A stretch of 64,000 nucleotides of DNA from Psammoneis japonica (lineage: Eukaryota): NCBI GenBank assembly GCA_008632985.1, contig QPGO01000097.1, positions 124,001 to 188,000 on the forward strand. Direction: 5' to 3'. A program made the position numbers and the translations under genes. The notes under the pieces were generated by a model, which ran no database searches, had not been told where the DNA came from, and worked only from the letters and a program-made list of their open reading frames with translations. This document shows positions 11,901 through 23,500 of this stretch, piece by piece; the stretch's first letter is position 1, and every line of letters begins with the position of its first letter.

Positions 11901-14200
11901 TTGCTTGCTTCCCCTCCCTCACCGGCATTGAATTGATGGTCGAGGAAAACAGTGCCATTGCATGTTGTTGCAATGCAGCCCATCTCTGCACCCCCTGCCA
12001 CTTTGGACAATTGGCCCCATCTCTGTGGGTGTATTTTTTGTTGCCTCTTGCTGTTGTTGTCCTCCTTTGTTGCACTTGAACACCAATGAAAGATTGCAAT
12101 CAGAGCCAACACAAAGTCACCAACTTTTGTGCCAAGAACAATGGGCCAACTGCAACCCACTGCATCAAGAGTGCCATTTGGGAGGCACTTGCCAGTTGAT
12201 CACTGCAAAGTTTCTCCTCACCAATGTGTTTTGGCATCATGAGGATGATCTGATTGACAGCCTGCACAACATGGATGATGCACCAGCCACACCCAAAAGC
12301 AGTGATCCAGCCACTGAGGATGTCACTCAAGAGTGTGCATGTTTGTGCAATCATTTCATTGCCAATGTCCCTTTGGCAAATTCCAAGCAGAAGTGCACTG
12401 CCCCGGACATTGCATGTTTCACAAAGCTGTGTGGCATTGTCACAACCTCTGACCGTGCATTGGATGGCACTCTCAATGGACCTGGGAACCTCAATTCAGG
12501 GTGCAGGCTTGGCTTTGTTTCCTCAAACAACAATTTGGAGGGGCAGAGGAACTGAACAAGCCAGCTGTCACTGCAAACACAGGTTCGGCTGCTTTTGCAA
12601 TGGACATCCCAGTTGGAACAACTCTTGATTTTCTGTCACACACCAAGGGAACAGGCCACAGCAACCTTGTTCCAGTGTGGAACAAGTTGTTTTCTCACCT
12701 TCCAAGCAGGATGATGAGGTGCAACCAAATGGAAAGGAGCCAGATGCAACCAAGAAGCTGGAGCATTCCATGGTGGACAACAACAACATGTTTGATGATG
12801 CTCATGGATCTGCCAGAGTTTGATGTGTCTCAGTCATGTCCTTTTTGGAATGTCCCAACTGCAGCAACCCCATCTGTCATCCCAAGAAGCAGTTCCTTGC
12901 ATGCATTGTCAATGCAGTTGTCACCTTTCTTAAAGTCACCAAATTTTGGATGCCTCACCACAGTCATGAGCTGGCTCCATTCTGTCTGGCTTTTCATGCA
13001 GACACATCCAATCCTCATTGGAGCTGACACTGCTCAGGTCATGGTGTTCATTCCTGTTCTTTCAAATTTGATTGGGTCTGTTCTTGCCAATCTTCATTGT
13101 GCATGAAGCAGACACCTGCAAAGACCCAAGACAAGGCATGCAACAGTTCCAAGGGGAGCATGCCAAAAATGCCGTGCTTTCCTCTGCCATGAGGGATGTC
13201 CCAAAACATGAGATGAGTCAAGAGCTGAGAAATGTCCTTGCACCATTTGCAAGAGGCAGCTGCCTTGCCATGATGATGCCTTTCCTCCATGGCCACCATG
13301 GCAGCCTCCACTGTCTCCTGGATGTTCTCTTGTTCCACCAAATTGCAAGCAAACAACGGATTGTCACCAAAACGCTGTGGCATGTCACAGCCCCTGTTCA
13401 TCTGGGAGATGTTGCTGGAATGGGAGTTGCAGTGACCTTTTGTGTTGCCAGTCATCATGCAAAGTCAAAAGTGGAGATGAACAAAGCCAAGAGATGGCAC
13501 CACAATTGGGAAACCAGTCTTTCACTTTGACAGTTTAAGCAACTCAGTGATGTCTCATGCAAAGTGCTGTGGCAGAACTTGATGCACGTCTCCTGTCCAA
13601 GCTTTGGCTGGAGGTTGGCGGTGGAATCATTGCTTGTCTTGGGGTGTGGCAACACCATTCCAAGTGTTGACCAAAGGGAGTGTGGCTGCAATGACACTCA
13701 TCATGATCAAAATTGCCCAATGCCACAAGAACGGGTTGTGCTTGCAAACAATCCATGTTGTCACAAGAAAAGGTGGAATCGCCAGACAGCACAACTGGGC
13801 AAACAAAGCATGACCTGGATGGGCAGCTGTTGCTGCTGAGTTGATCAAGGGAAGATTTGAGATCATGCTCCCGCTTGCTTCTGCCAGTCACCAGTGTCAA
13901 GAGAATGTGCTCATTTGTTTTGGGGCAGCACTTCTCATTGTGCATCCACTGACAAGACTGGACAACCTGGGGATCACAAAAGACCCTTCTCACACAATGG
14001 CTGCAGAAAGGAAAATTGGCACACATGCATTGGAGGGAAACTGGGACCCATGGGAGCAAAAATGGGCTCTGGGCCAACAAAGTCAAAATGCTTGGCTTTC
14101 ATGCATTGCAAGGTGGCAGAGTGGGAGAGAGACTCGTGCTCACAGTCACTCTCCTTGGCACATTTAGCCCAAGAAAGAAAAGCCTTGTGCAAACCATGGT
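11900..14200 (-). pseudogene. Degenerate Plavaka-like DNA transposase
   Basis: Minus-strand fragments DSTFSCDNMDCLQAQPVLVALGNF, WSTLGMVLPHP, GNTKGH...RGCD and GIFGMLPLELLHAL resemble the D..EP..TLG.F / W..LG / GD..G / G....P.E.LH motifs recalled for Plavaka transposases; no search run. Confidence 0.5.
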
Positions 14201-14249
14201 GGAGATGATGCTTCTTCATCATGACAGCCAGCTCTTCCTCCACTGGATG

Positions 14250-17200
14250 AGGCTTTTTGGTGGCATTGGTGTCACGAATGCAGGGAGGTTGCAACACCAA
14301 GCCTCTTTCATCTCCTCCAAATCAGTTGCCTCCATTCAGTGCAATCCTTCATCATCCTTGTCATTGTTGGGGAGGGAAGAGGATGACACAGAGCATTGTG
14401 CTGAGAGTGCATCGTCAAACTCCTCCTCAAGAAAAAGCATGTCATCACAGAAGATGCCATCATTGGGAAGGTCTGGGGCAAGCGGCATTGCTATCAGTGT
14501 TGAAGCCCCCAAAATGAAAAAGGAGAAGGATCTCAAGAAGAAGGCCACCAATGCTGTCATGTGGTGCTCCATCTCTTTCTGCCACAAGGTTGCTGGATCC
14601 AATGGCATCACTCCAGCAACTTTTGAGCCTGCATTTGTTGACATTCTTCAAGAATGCAGTGAGGCTGAGCACACTCATCTTTTTCAAGAACTCATTGCTC
14701 CTGCCATCAACAGCAAGAAGTCCACACACATCTCCAACCAAGTTGCACCACGTTTTGCTCAGGCTTGTGCCAACAAGGCATTTGCTGACAACATGCAAGG
14801 GTTCAAGTTTGCCAACCAGCCTCTGAACAACTCGACTGCTCTTTGTCTTGCATTTGTCAATGTCCTCAACTTTCTTTTTGTGGACCATCCCCACTGTGCT
14901 GCCGTCATGGAAGATGGGTGTGAGATCTCCAAGCACTCTGTCAACCCCAACTCTGGCAAGACAACAGCCAAATGCATCAAGAAATTGGATGTGCACGTCA
15001 GTGGCCAAGCTCATGACACCAACATCATGGAGTGTTGTCCAGTGTCACATGGTTGCTTTTGGCAAAAGCAGAAAGCAGTGGATCATGAGCAATGGCAACA
15101 CTCGTGAGATCACAACAAACATGCTCAAGACATTCAATCCATCATTTGCCCATTCATCCAGCATGGTGTGATGCCAGAGTGTTGCCCCCCAAGCTGTCCA
15201 TGATGCCCAGGACATCAGTGTCAGGGCTCTTGACATTGCTGCATGTTTCACAAATCTGACGATCCAAGATTTGGAAACAAATGTTGGTCGTGGCCCTGCC
15301 AGACCCTTTGGAAGCCAGTGTGTCTCACATCAGCTTGCCGAAAGAAAAGCCAACTTGAATGCTTCTTCAAACAAGCAATCTGCTTGTTTGCCATCAACAA
15401 CTGGAGCTGCTTCACCCAGTGAGAAATCCAAGTCATTGTTGTCTGCAGACAAGATTGAGCTCTGCAAGAAGATGGGCATGCTTGTCATCTCACATGACTC
15501 CCGTCAGCCTCCCAACATCCCGGTTGCGGCTAAGAAGAACTCTGACTCAACATCTGAACAGCACCTTTGCGCTCATTTTTTGACTTGTGGCTTTCTTGTA
15601 ACTGTCCCAGATGCAAGAAGCTGCGCATTGCCATCTTTGTGCTCTCCCTGAAGCAAAGTGTGCCAAGTTGGTCAACTTTGAGGAGAAGATGAAAAATCTT
15701 TCTTTTGCACCTGAGAAATGTCCTGTTGGTGCACTGGTTTTGTCTCAGATGAAACCAGCCCATTTGTTTTGTTTGAAAACATCCACTGACCACTCACCTT
15801 GATTTTTGTTTTTGTTCATGTTGCACCACCAGCTTGCATCAGCATTTTGTCCCAGGCTGCATTGGTGTCCCTGCAGATGAAGTTGTGCCCCCCTTGCCCT
15901 GGGGTGCAGAATCTTCCAAGTCTGCGTCACTTGGTTTGGTGCCGAAAATGTGCCTGATGTCCTGCCGGTTGCCTCTGAAGAGATTGAGGAGTTCTGTCCA
16001 GTCCTTTCCCCTGTGGTGACTGGAGGCTCTCCCTCTCAATGCATCCCAGCAATTGACAACTCATTCAAGAAAGCTGAGTGTGAAGAGTTCATCTGGACTC
16101 AGTTGCCACTTTGTGCCAGCCCCAATTGGACCAACCTTTTGACAAGGACAGTGTTTGTTAGAAATTTCATGTCTGAAGCTGTTTTTTTGCCATGTCTTGT
16201 TGCACCTTTGGAAGTTGGGTTTCCTGCACTCTGTTTCCCAAGAGATGCCATCCTTTGACTCTGGCAGTGTGGTCAACAATTGGGAGGATCCATGTTGTGT
16301 GACACCCAATGCTTTCCATTTGTGCACCCTTCTTTGTGAGCACAACAATGTTGACTTTAATTCTCTCTGAGGGCACCGTGCAGGATGGGAGCAAGAGTCA
16401 GACCTCAATGAGACACATGTGTTTGTCAGACCTTGGCAGGATTGCTCCATTTTGATGGAGACATGGCTTTGTTGGTGCAGCGGGTCAGTGGCATGCACGT
16501 TGGAGCACATCAGAATGTTGAGCGCATTGTGTTGCATCTTGATGGCAAAGTTGATCTCATTGCTGTCAAGATCACAGCTTGCATCTGCTGAGATGGTGTT
16601 CCAGCCTGTTGCAATGGGCACAACATGGAAGAAAATTTTCAAGACTGTTTTAATGGCAGGGACAAACTGTCCATTTGTGTCAATTCAGAGAAAACTCACA
16701 ATGCTCTTGTCAAGAACTCAAGCAGGGTTTTGATCTCATTTTTGACCAACAATTGAGACCATGTGTTTTGAATTGTCATCTGTCACCTCAGAGCTTGGTT
16801 GACAGTGACAAATTGTTCAAGCAGCCTTGGCCAGTTTTGGACAGCTCATTCCAACCCAAGCCTTTGTCCATGGCCTTGAATGATTTTTTTTCACTGGAAC
16901 ACAAGCTGGAGTGCTCCAAAGCTGTGGCAGAACATGATGTTGTGCATTGGATCTAGAATGCTTGGATTGCTTTTCCATCTCAAGAGATCCACCCAATTGA
17001 CGATGATGCTGCTGAAGCTCACCACACAATGAGGTGCAACCCAAACCTGGTTTGGATGCATGCATTGATCCAGCATGGCTGTGAAGTTGCTCAACAATTT
17101 GGTTGCAATTTTGGGGACCCCCTGACCCACACAATTGGGATGGTGGATGGTCACAATGCCATCAGCAGCTTGTGCAGCATGCATTTTGTGCCCCACATGT

Positions 17201-18775
17201 TGTCGAGATCATGCACCCATTCCTTCCAAGGATTGAGTTTCTATTGCAAATCACAACTGACTCCATTTGAGGTGGCAGCAGGCGGTTTCTCATGTGCTCC
17301 CAGATTCCTTGAACCCTGGAATTCTCCAGGATGGACTGTGGATTTTACCACTTCACAAGCACCACATGGATGACAACTTGCAAGCTGATGTTGCACAATT
17401 GTTGGAGCACACCATGTTCAATGTCTGTGAGTGCCTTTGCCATTCATGTGATGCAAGGCTTTCCACAGAAGGAAGTCCCAAATGCACTCAGCTTGAAAAA
17501 GCTCAACCTCATTCTGTCTTTCCTTTGCAAGCTTCTTGGGCACTCACACAACACCTGCACTTTGACTGTTGGGATTGTGCATCACAAGCTTGACAAGATC
17601 ATCTTTGTTCTTCCTGATTAAAAGTCCAAGATTGAGTGCCTCCTCTTGGAGGCAGCAACCTTGAATGGCATTTTGGAGCATCATGCTTGGCATGATCACA
17701 CACTTCGGTGTTGATTTTTTGTTTTCCAGAGTGTTCTTTGCTTGTCCATTTGCTGTCTTTTGGACTGTGCCAAGAGAGCACTCCACACCCTTCTGCAACA
17801 AAGATTGAGAACATTGCACCACGTGATCCGTGCTGCCAAGGAATTGGTGATGCAAGAAATTTTGGTGGTGGTGGTTGCTGCCGGGAATTTCAATTTTGGT
17901 TCTTTGTGCTGTGGAGCCCCATGGCAAGCTGAGGTTTGACCTTGTTCTTGTGGTCCTGAGGACAGGTTGCTGACAATGCTCTCAATTTTGTTGTTTCCCT
18001 CCTCCTGCTTGCTGGCATGGTCACTTTCATGAAATCTGTTGGCAAATCCATTGATCTGGAACTGGTTGCCTCCCTTTTTTCCCATGGCATCCTCAAAAAT
18101 TTGGTCCGCCTCAACCGGGTTGACAATGTGGTTAGCTCTGGTTGGCACAATCTGGGCACTGCCAAGAACTCTCTTCAAGGACAACAGCTTTTGTGTGTTT
18201 GGTCTGCACTTTGCATTTGTGGGGTGTTGGCATCAATTCCCAAGTGGCAATTTGGCTGGTGAAAAGAGCGGGCCAGCAGATGACATGTCTTGTCTAGTTG
18301 ATTGCAACCTGCCTCATTCTGTCCGTGTCTCTCAGCTGCTTCAGAAGCGTCCTTTTCTGACAAGAGCTGCCACATGGCTGGTGTGCTGTCAACTGTTTGC
18401 CGAGTCATCACCAGCCCCTGTGCATTTGTGGGGGTGTCGGCATCAACTCCTGAGAGGCAATTTGGCTGGTGAAAAGAGTGGGCCAGAGCAAATGACATGT
18501 TTGTCTGATCAATCCCAACCTGCCTCATTCTGTCTGTGTCTGATGGCTGCTTCAGAAGTGTCCTTTTTTGACAAGAGCTGCCACATGGCTGGTGTGCTGT
18601 CAACAGATCTCTGAGTTGTCACCGGTCCCTGCACAGACTCCACCTCACTTGGGACAGCTCGTGCATGGCAAATCCACAATTTCAGATTTGTCACGGACAT
18701 GATCTGGGATGTTGATGCTTGTGGAAGATCTTCCAGTTCTTTGGCATCAACTGCATCTGGCTGTGCATGCCCTGC
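14250..18775 (+). mobile_element. Degenerate retroelement (gag-like ORF, RT, RNase H), DIRS/Ngaro-like by inference; 3' part truncated at the satellite
   Basis: Gag-like fragments 14250-15700 with a Cys/His cluster; RT-like fragments LSPQSLVD, PVLDSSFQP, IHPIDDD, NPNLVWMHA, and HMDDNL at 17363 (YxDD equivalent); RNase H-like VDNVVS..W and LAGEKSGPADDMS. Confidence 0.6.
18212..18604. repeat. Imperfect tandem duplication, period 209 bp
   Basis: tgcatttgtgggg... at 18212 and 18421; both copies share ggcaatttggctggtgaaaagag and gacaagagctgccacatggctggtgtgctgtcaac. Confidence 0.9.
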
Positions 18776-19519
18776 TCAACTTGCCAAACTTGCAAAAGTC
18801 GCCAAAGTTGCCAAGCTCATCAAAGTCACCAAAGGTGCCAAAGTCACCAAAGCAGACAAACTCACCAAAGTTGACAAACTTGCCAAACTCACCAAAGTTG
18901 CCAAAGTTGACACACTCAACACAGTTGACAAAGTTGCCAAAGTTGACAAACTGGCCAAAGTTGCTAAAGTTGACAAACTCGCAAAACTCACCAAAGTCGC
19001 CAAAGTTGACACAAACTTGCCAAAGTCACCAAAGTTGACAAACTCACCAAACTCACCAAAGTTGACAAAGTCGCCAAAGTTGACAAAGTCACCAAAGTTG
19101 ACAAAGTCACCAAAGTCACCAAACTTGCCAAACTTGCCAAAGTTGCCAAACTCACCAAGCTCACCAAACTTGCCAAACTCACCAAACTTGCCACAGTTGA
19201 CTTGCCAAAGTTGCCAAACTTGCCAAAGTTGACAAACTCACCAAACTTGCAAAACTTGTCAAAGTTGACAAACTTGCCAAAGTCACCAAACCTGCCAAAG
19301 TTGACAAACTTGCCAAACTTTTCAAAGTCAACAAATTGACAAACTTGCCAAGTCAACAAACTCACCAAAGTTGACAAACTTGCCAAAGTCGCCAAAGTTG
19401 ACAAATTTGCCAAAGTTGACAAAGTTGGCAAACTTGCCAAAGTTGACAAAGTTGGCAAACTCACCAAAGTCACCAAAGTCACCAAAGTCACCTGAGTCAC
19501 CAAACTTGCCAAAGTTGAT
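18776..19519. repeat. 9-bp satellite (ccaaagttg / ccaaacttg / acaaactca variants), left block
   Basis: Directly visible 9-bp periodicity. Confidence 0.97.
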
Positions 19520-19764
19520 TGACAGGATTTGAACAAGATTTTAGTTTGTCACACACAATTGTGTGTGCTCTTCGTTCCGCGCGTGTCGCGCGATGTAGTT
19601 TGCTTTCGAGCCACTCGGCTCACAAGAACAACAACAGCAGTGCCGACATCATGACACCAGTCTTTCGGCTCCTGCAATGGTCTTTGCACGGAGATTCATC
19701 TGCCATTTAGACAGCAGCAAGGAGTCATTGTTTTCTTCCACCCAGTCATCTTCATTTTCTGTCA
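19520..19764 (+). repeat. 5' LTR
   Basis: tgacagga...ttctgtca; aligns without gaps to 26562-26806. Confidence 0.96.
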
Positions 19765-20579
19765 GATTGACAGTCTTGCTCTTTGTCATCCATTGAGCAT
19801 TCATCATCGGTCATCGAGAAATTTTTCAATGATGCGCACGGTTGGCGGTGGAAGTGCACATCTGCCTTCTTCACTGCTGCATGCTGGATTAAATCTACAT
19901 CTTTGGATTTACATCCAACACCTCCCATCGTTGGATGTGTTTGTTCAACGGATGTTTGTTTGACCAGGAATTCCCGAATTCTCAGACATCCAAGATTCCG
20001 GATTCCTCACAGAGGATCCCACCAAACCATCTGCTCGCGTCCATGTGCACACGATGTGAACCCTTGACTCTGGCCCTGCTCCATGCACGCCAAGTCTACT
20101 GCCTTGTATCTGCACCGGATTGCTGGTCTTCTACAGTCCTGCAAGGTCAACGAGGACAACTGTGAGAGGAAGCAGTTTGTGGTTGCAGCTGCATTGGGGC
20201 GAGGGTGCATTTCCCACGTTTGTTCATCCCTCCACAGTGCCAAATTTGGCCGGCCTGATCGGGTTGTCCAACCAACATAAAATGAGAACGGTTTGGAGGT
20301 CTTGTCCACCTCTGGTTGGCTTGTCAGCAGGGGTTTTTAACCCGTTGCTCCGCTCTCAGGCAACCCAAAGCGTCGCCAGCTGTGGGTTCGGACGTGCCGG
20401 CACAACTCTACGGACCAGATGGGAAGCTCAGCACTTAACTGCAAACAGGATGTCACAGCCTGGCGGCTTCTGACTCCCAAGATAGTTCCAGACATCAAGT
20501 CAAGATTCAAGTCAAGTTTCAAGTTGTTTCAAGCTCACCCTCCGAATCCAGCTGGTTCCGACATCCACCCAGTTGCAAC

Positions 20580-23500
20580 ATGGTTCTCACCAGGCAACAA
20601 CAAATTGATGGCCTCGAGCACATTCCAGGCACTGTTCTGAATCAAGCTGCAGACAGTCCGTTGCACTCCGCTCTCAACATTGATGGAACCAACTCGCATC
20701 AGGACCTTTTTCCTTTTACTCCGACACAACTGGATGCCCTTGTGTGCAACGATGGCACCAACCAGATGCCCTTGCCACGTGGTTGCAAAGCACACACAGC
20801 TGCGCTGATTAGCCTGCACACGGCAAAAGTGCGAGGCGGTGTGGATGTCAGCAACAACCCTCAATTGTTCACTCACGAGGAGTTCACTGACTGTCGTCTC
20901 AGTCCTGAGCATGTGGCATCCCTCTCCATGGGCACAGCGCCATCTGCTCCCACCCCTGGCTCTTTGCCACCCAAACCACGTGACCCTGTGCGTGAATTTA
21001 AACGAGGCATCAAACGTGACCCACTCACCTTCACGACTCTCAAGTCAGACAAACAGTGGCACACGTGGCACACCTCCATCATCGCACAGGCCCGCTCCCA
21101 GGACATTGAACTCATTCTTGATCCGAAGTGCAAGCCCTCTGCAGCTGAGGACAAGGCCCTGTTTGATGAACAACAGAAGTGCATGTTTGCCGCATTCGAA
21201 CAGATCTTGCAGAATGACAAAGGCAAGGTGCTTGTTCGTCAACATGTTGACTCCTCTGACACTAAAGCGGTGTGTTGCGACCTTTCCAAGTGCGCCCTCA
21301 CTTTTGCTTGTGCATCCCTGGAGTCCTCGACCCTTCTCACGTGCCTCACCACCGCTCGCCTCGGTGATGGCACCTGGAAGGGATCCACCCATGCATTCAC
21401 ACTTCACTGGCAGGACCAGCTTCACAAGCACGAAGCTCTTGTCCCGGGTGCAGACCATTTCTCTGCTGGCCAGAAATGTGTCATGCTTGAGAACACCGTT
21501 CATCCTGTCAAAGAACTCCATTCGGTGAAGAACCAAGCTGATCAGTTCCGCACGCAGAATGGAAAGGGTCTCTCTTGTGAAGAGCACTGTGGACTTCTGC
21601 TCTCTGCTGCAGCACAGTGCGACAGCACGTTCGCCCCCAAGACGGCTCCTTGCACTCCGCGCCGTGCCATCTACGAACATGACCCAGTCCCTGACGACCC
21701 TGATGATGATGCATTCTTCGACATCGACAGTGATGTTGACGTCATCCAAGCTTGTGCTGTGCAAACTCGCGGCAATTCCCTCACCAAGGAGCAATGGCGT
21801 CGCATCCCTCCAGACCATCAGTGCATTTGGGACACCTTGCCCCAGTCCACCAAGACCATCATTCTTGGCTCGTGCACCACCCACACCGGCAACTGCCATG
21901 ACTTGACAGCAGTCAACCTGCACGACCTTCGCATTGGCAGCAATGGCGATGTCAACTTGTCCGCCAACACTCATGATCTTGCGTCAGCCTTCGCACAATC
22001 CGACGCCACAGCCGATGCAGCCGATGCTGACCCCACTCTGGCTCATCTCACCAGGCGCAAGCCCCTGCCACCCGGCAACTTGCAACATCTCCTGGCACCT
22101 GAACGGCCTCCTTCCGCCCGTTCTGGCAAGAAACCGCCCGGATCTGCACCTTCCGTCCGCTCCAACACGAAGCCCAATGACACTGACATTGAGATCAACG
22201 GCCACAAATGCCGTCGCGTCAACAACCACAATGTCGTCCACTCTGCCTCGACCCACAAGTCAACTCGCAAAGGTGCTCTCGTGGATCGTGGTGCAAACGG
22301 TGGCATCACCGGTGATGATGTTTGTGTCATTGCCCACGCTGGTCGCCAGGTTGACGTCCAAGGTGTCGATGATCATCAACTGGTCGACATCCCCATTGTT
22401 GCTGCTGGTGGTGTCATCCACATGCAACGCGGCCCTGCCATTGCCATCCTTCACCAGTGCGCCTGCGCTGGAAAGGGGAAGACGATGCACTCTTGCGGCC
22501 AGCTCGAGTGGTGCAAACACGATGTCAACAATCGGTCCATCAAGGTTCCCAATGGTCTGCAGTGTGTCACCACTGTTGATGGATGCATCATTCCCATCGA
22601 CATTAAAGCCGGCCTCCCGTGCATCGCCATGCGCCCGTGCACTGACGCCGAATGGGACACTCTGCTGCATGTCATTCTCACTGGTGATGACACATGGGAT
22701 CCATCTGTCCTTGACCACCAGTTCACGGATGATGAGACGTGGCATGATGCCGTGTCTGACCTCCAAGACGACCCGACTGCCAACCTCTTTGATGAGTTTG
22801 GCAACTGTCGTCACCGCCATGTTGTCAACAATGCCATGCTTGCAGACTCCGTCCTTGATGATCACCTGCTCCCGACATCTCATTTCTTCTACGAATGCCA
22901 TGAGCGCAAACTCAATCCCAAGGATCCCGACTTTGAGTCCCTCCACCCCCACTTTGGCTTTCTCCTGAAGGACACTGTCCACCACACTTTTGATTGCACA
23001 ACGCAGTGTGCCCGCATGCCAGCCAGCACGCACCTGAAAAAGGCACACAAATCGCCCAACCCGGCTCTCAATGTCCACTGACGTGATGAACCCGTTGCCA
23101 CTGACATGGTCCACTCTGACACCCCTGCTGTTGACTCTGGTTGCACCAGCGCCCAGCTCTTTGTCGGCATGGAATCTCTCGTCACTGACGTGTGTGGCAC
23201 CAAAACTGACAAAGAATTTGTCAACACCCTCGGAGACAACATTTGCAATCGCGGTGCCCCGTCCAAGCTCATCAGCGACCGTGCTCAGGTTGAGATCAGC
23301 AACAAGGTTCTTGGCATCCTTCATGCCCTCTTCATCTCCAGTTGGCAAAGCGAGCCTCACCACCAGCATCAGAATTTTGCTGAACACCGCTGCCAAACTG
23401 TGAAGACCATGGCTGACACCATCATGGATCGCTTCAGGTCCCTGGCTTGCACCTGGCTGCTCGCCCTGATGTGCGTGTGTTTTGTGCTCAACCACACAGT

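Noticed and set aside
9768..18614. Many short Cys/His-rich ORFs as metal-binding or zinc-finger proteins
   Set aside because: Composition follows from TG/CA enrichment and stop loss in decayed TEs.
18776..19519. CRISPR-like or telomeric array
   Set aside because: No unique spacers; the unit does not resemble TTAGGG-type telomere repeats, and the array is internal.
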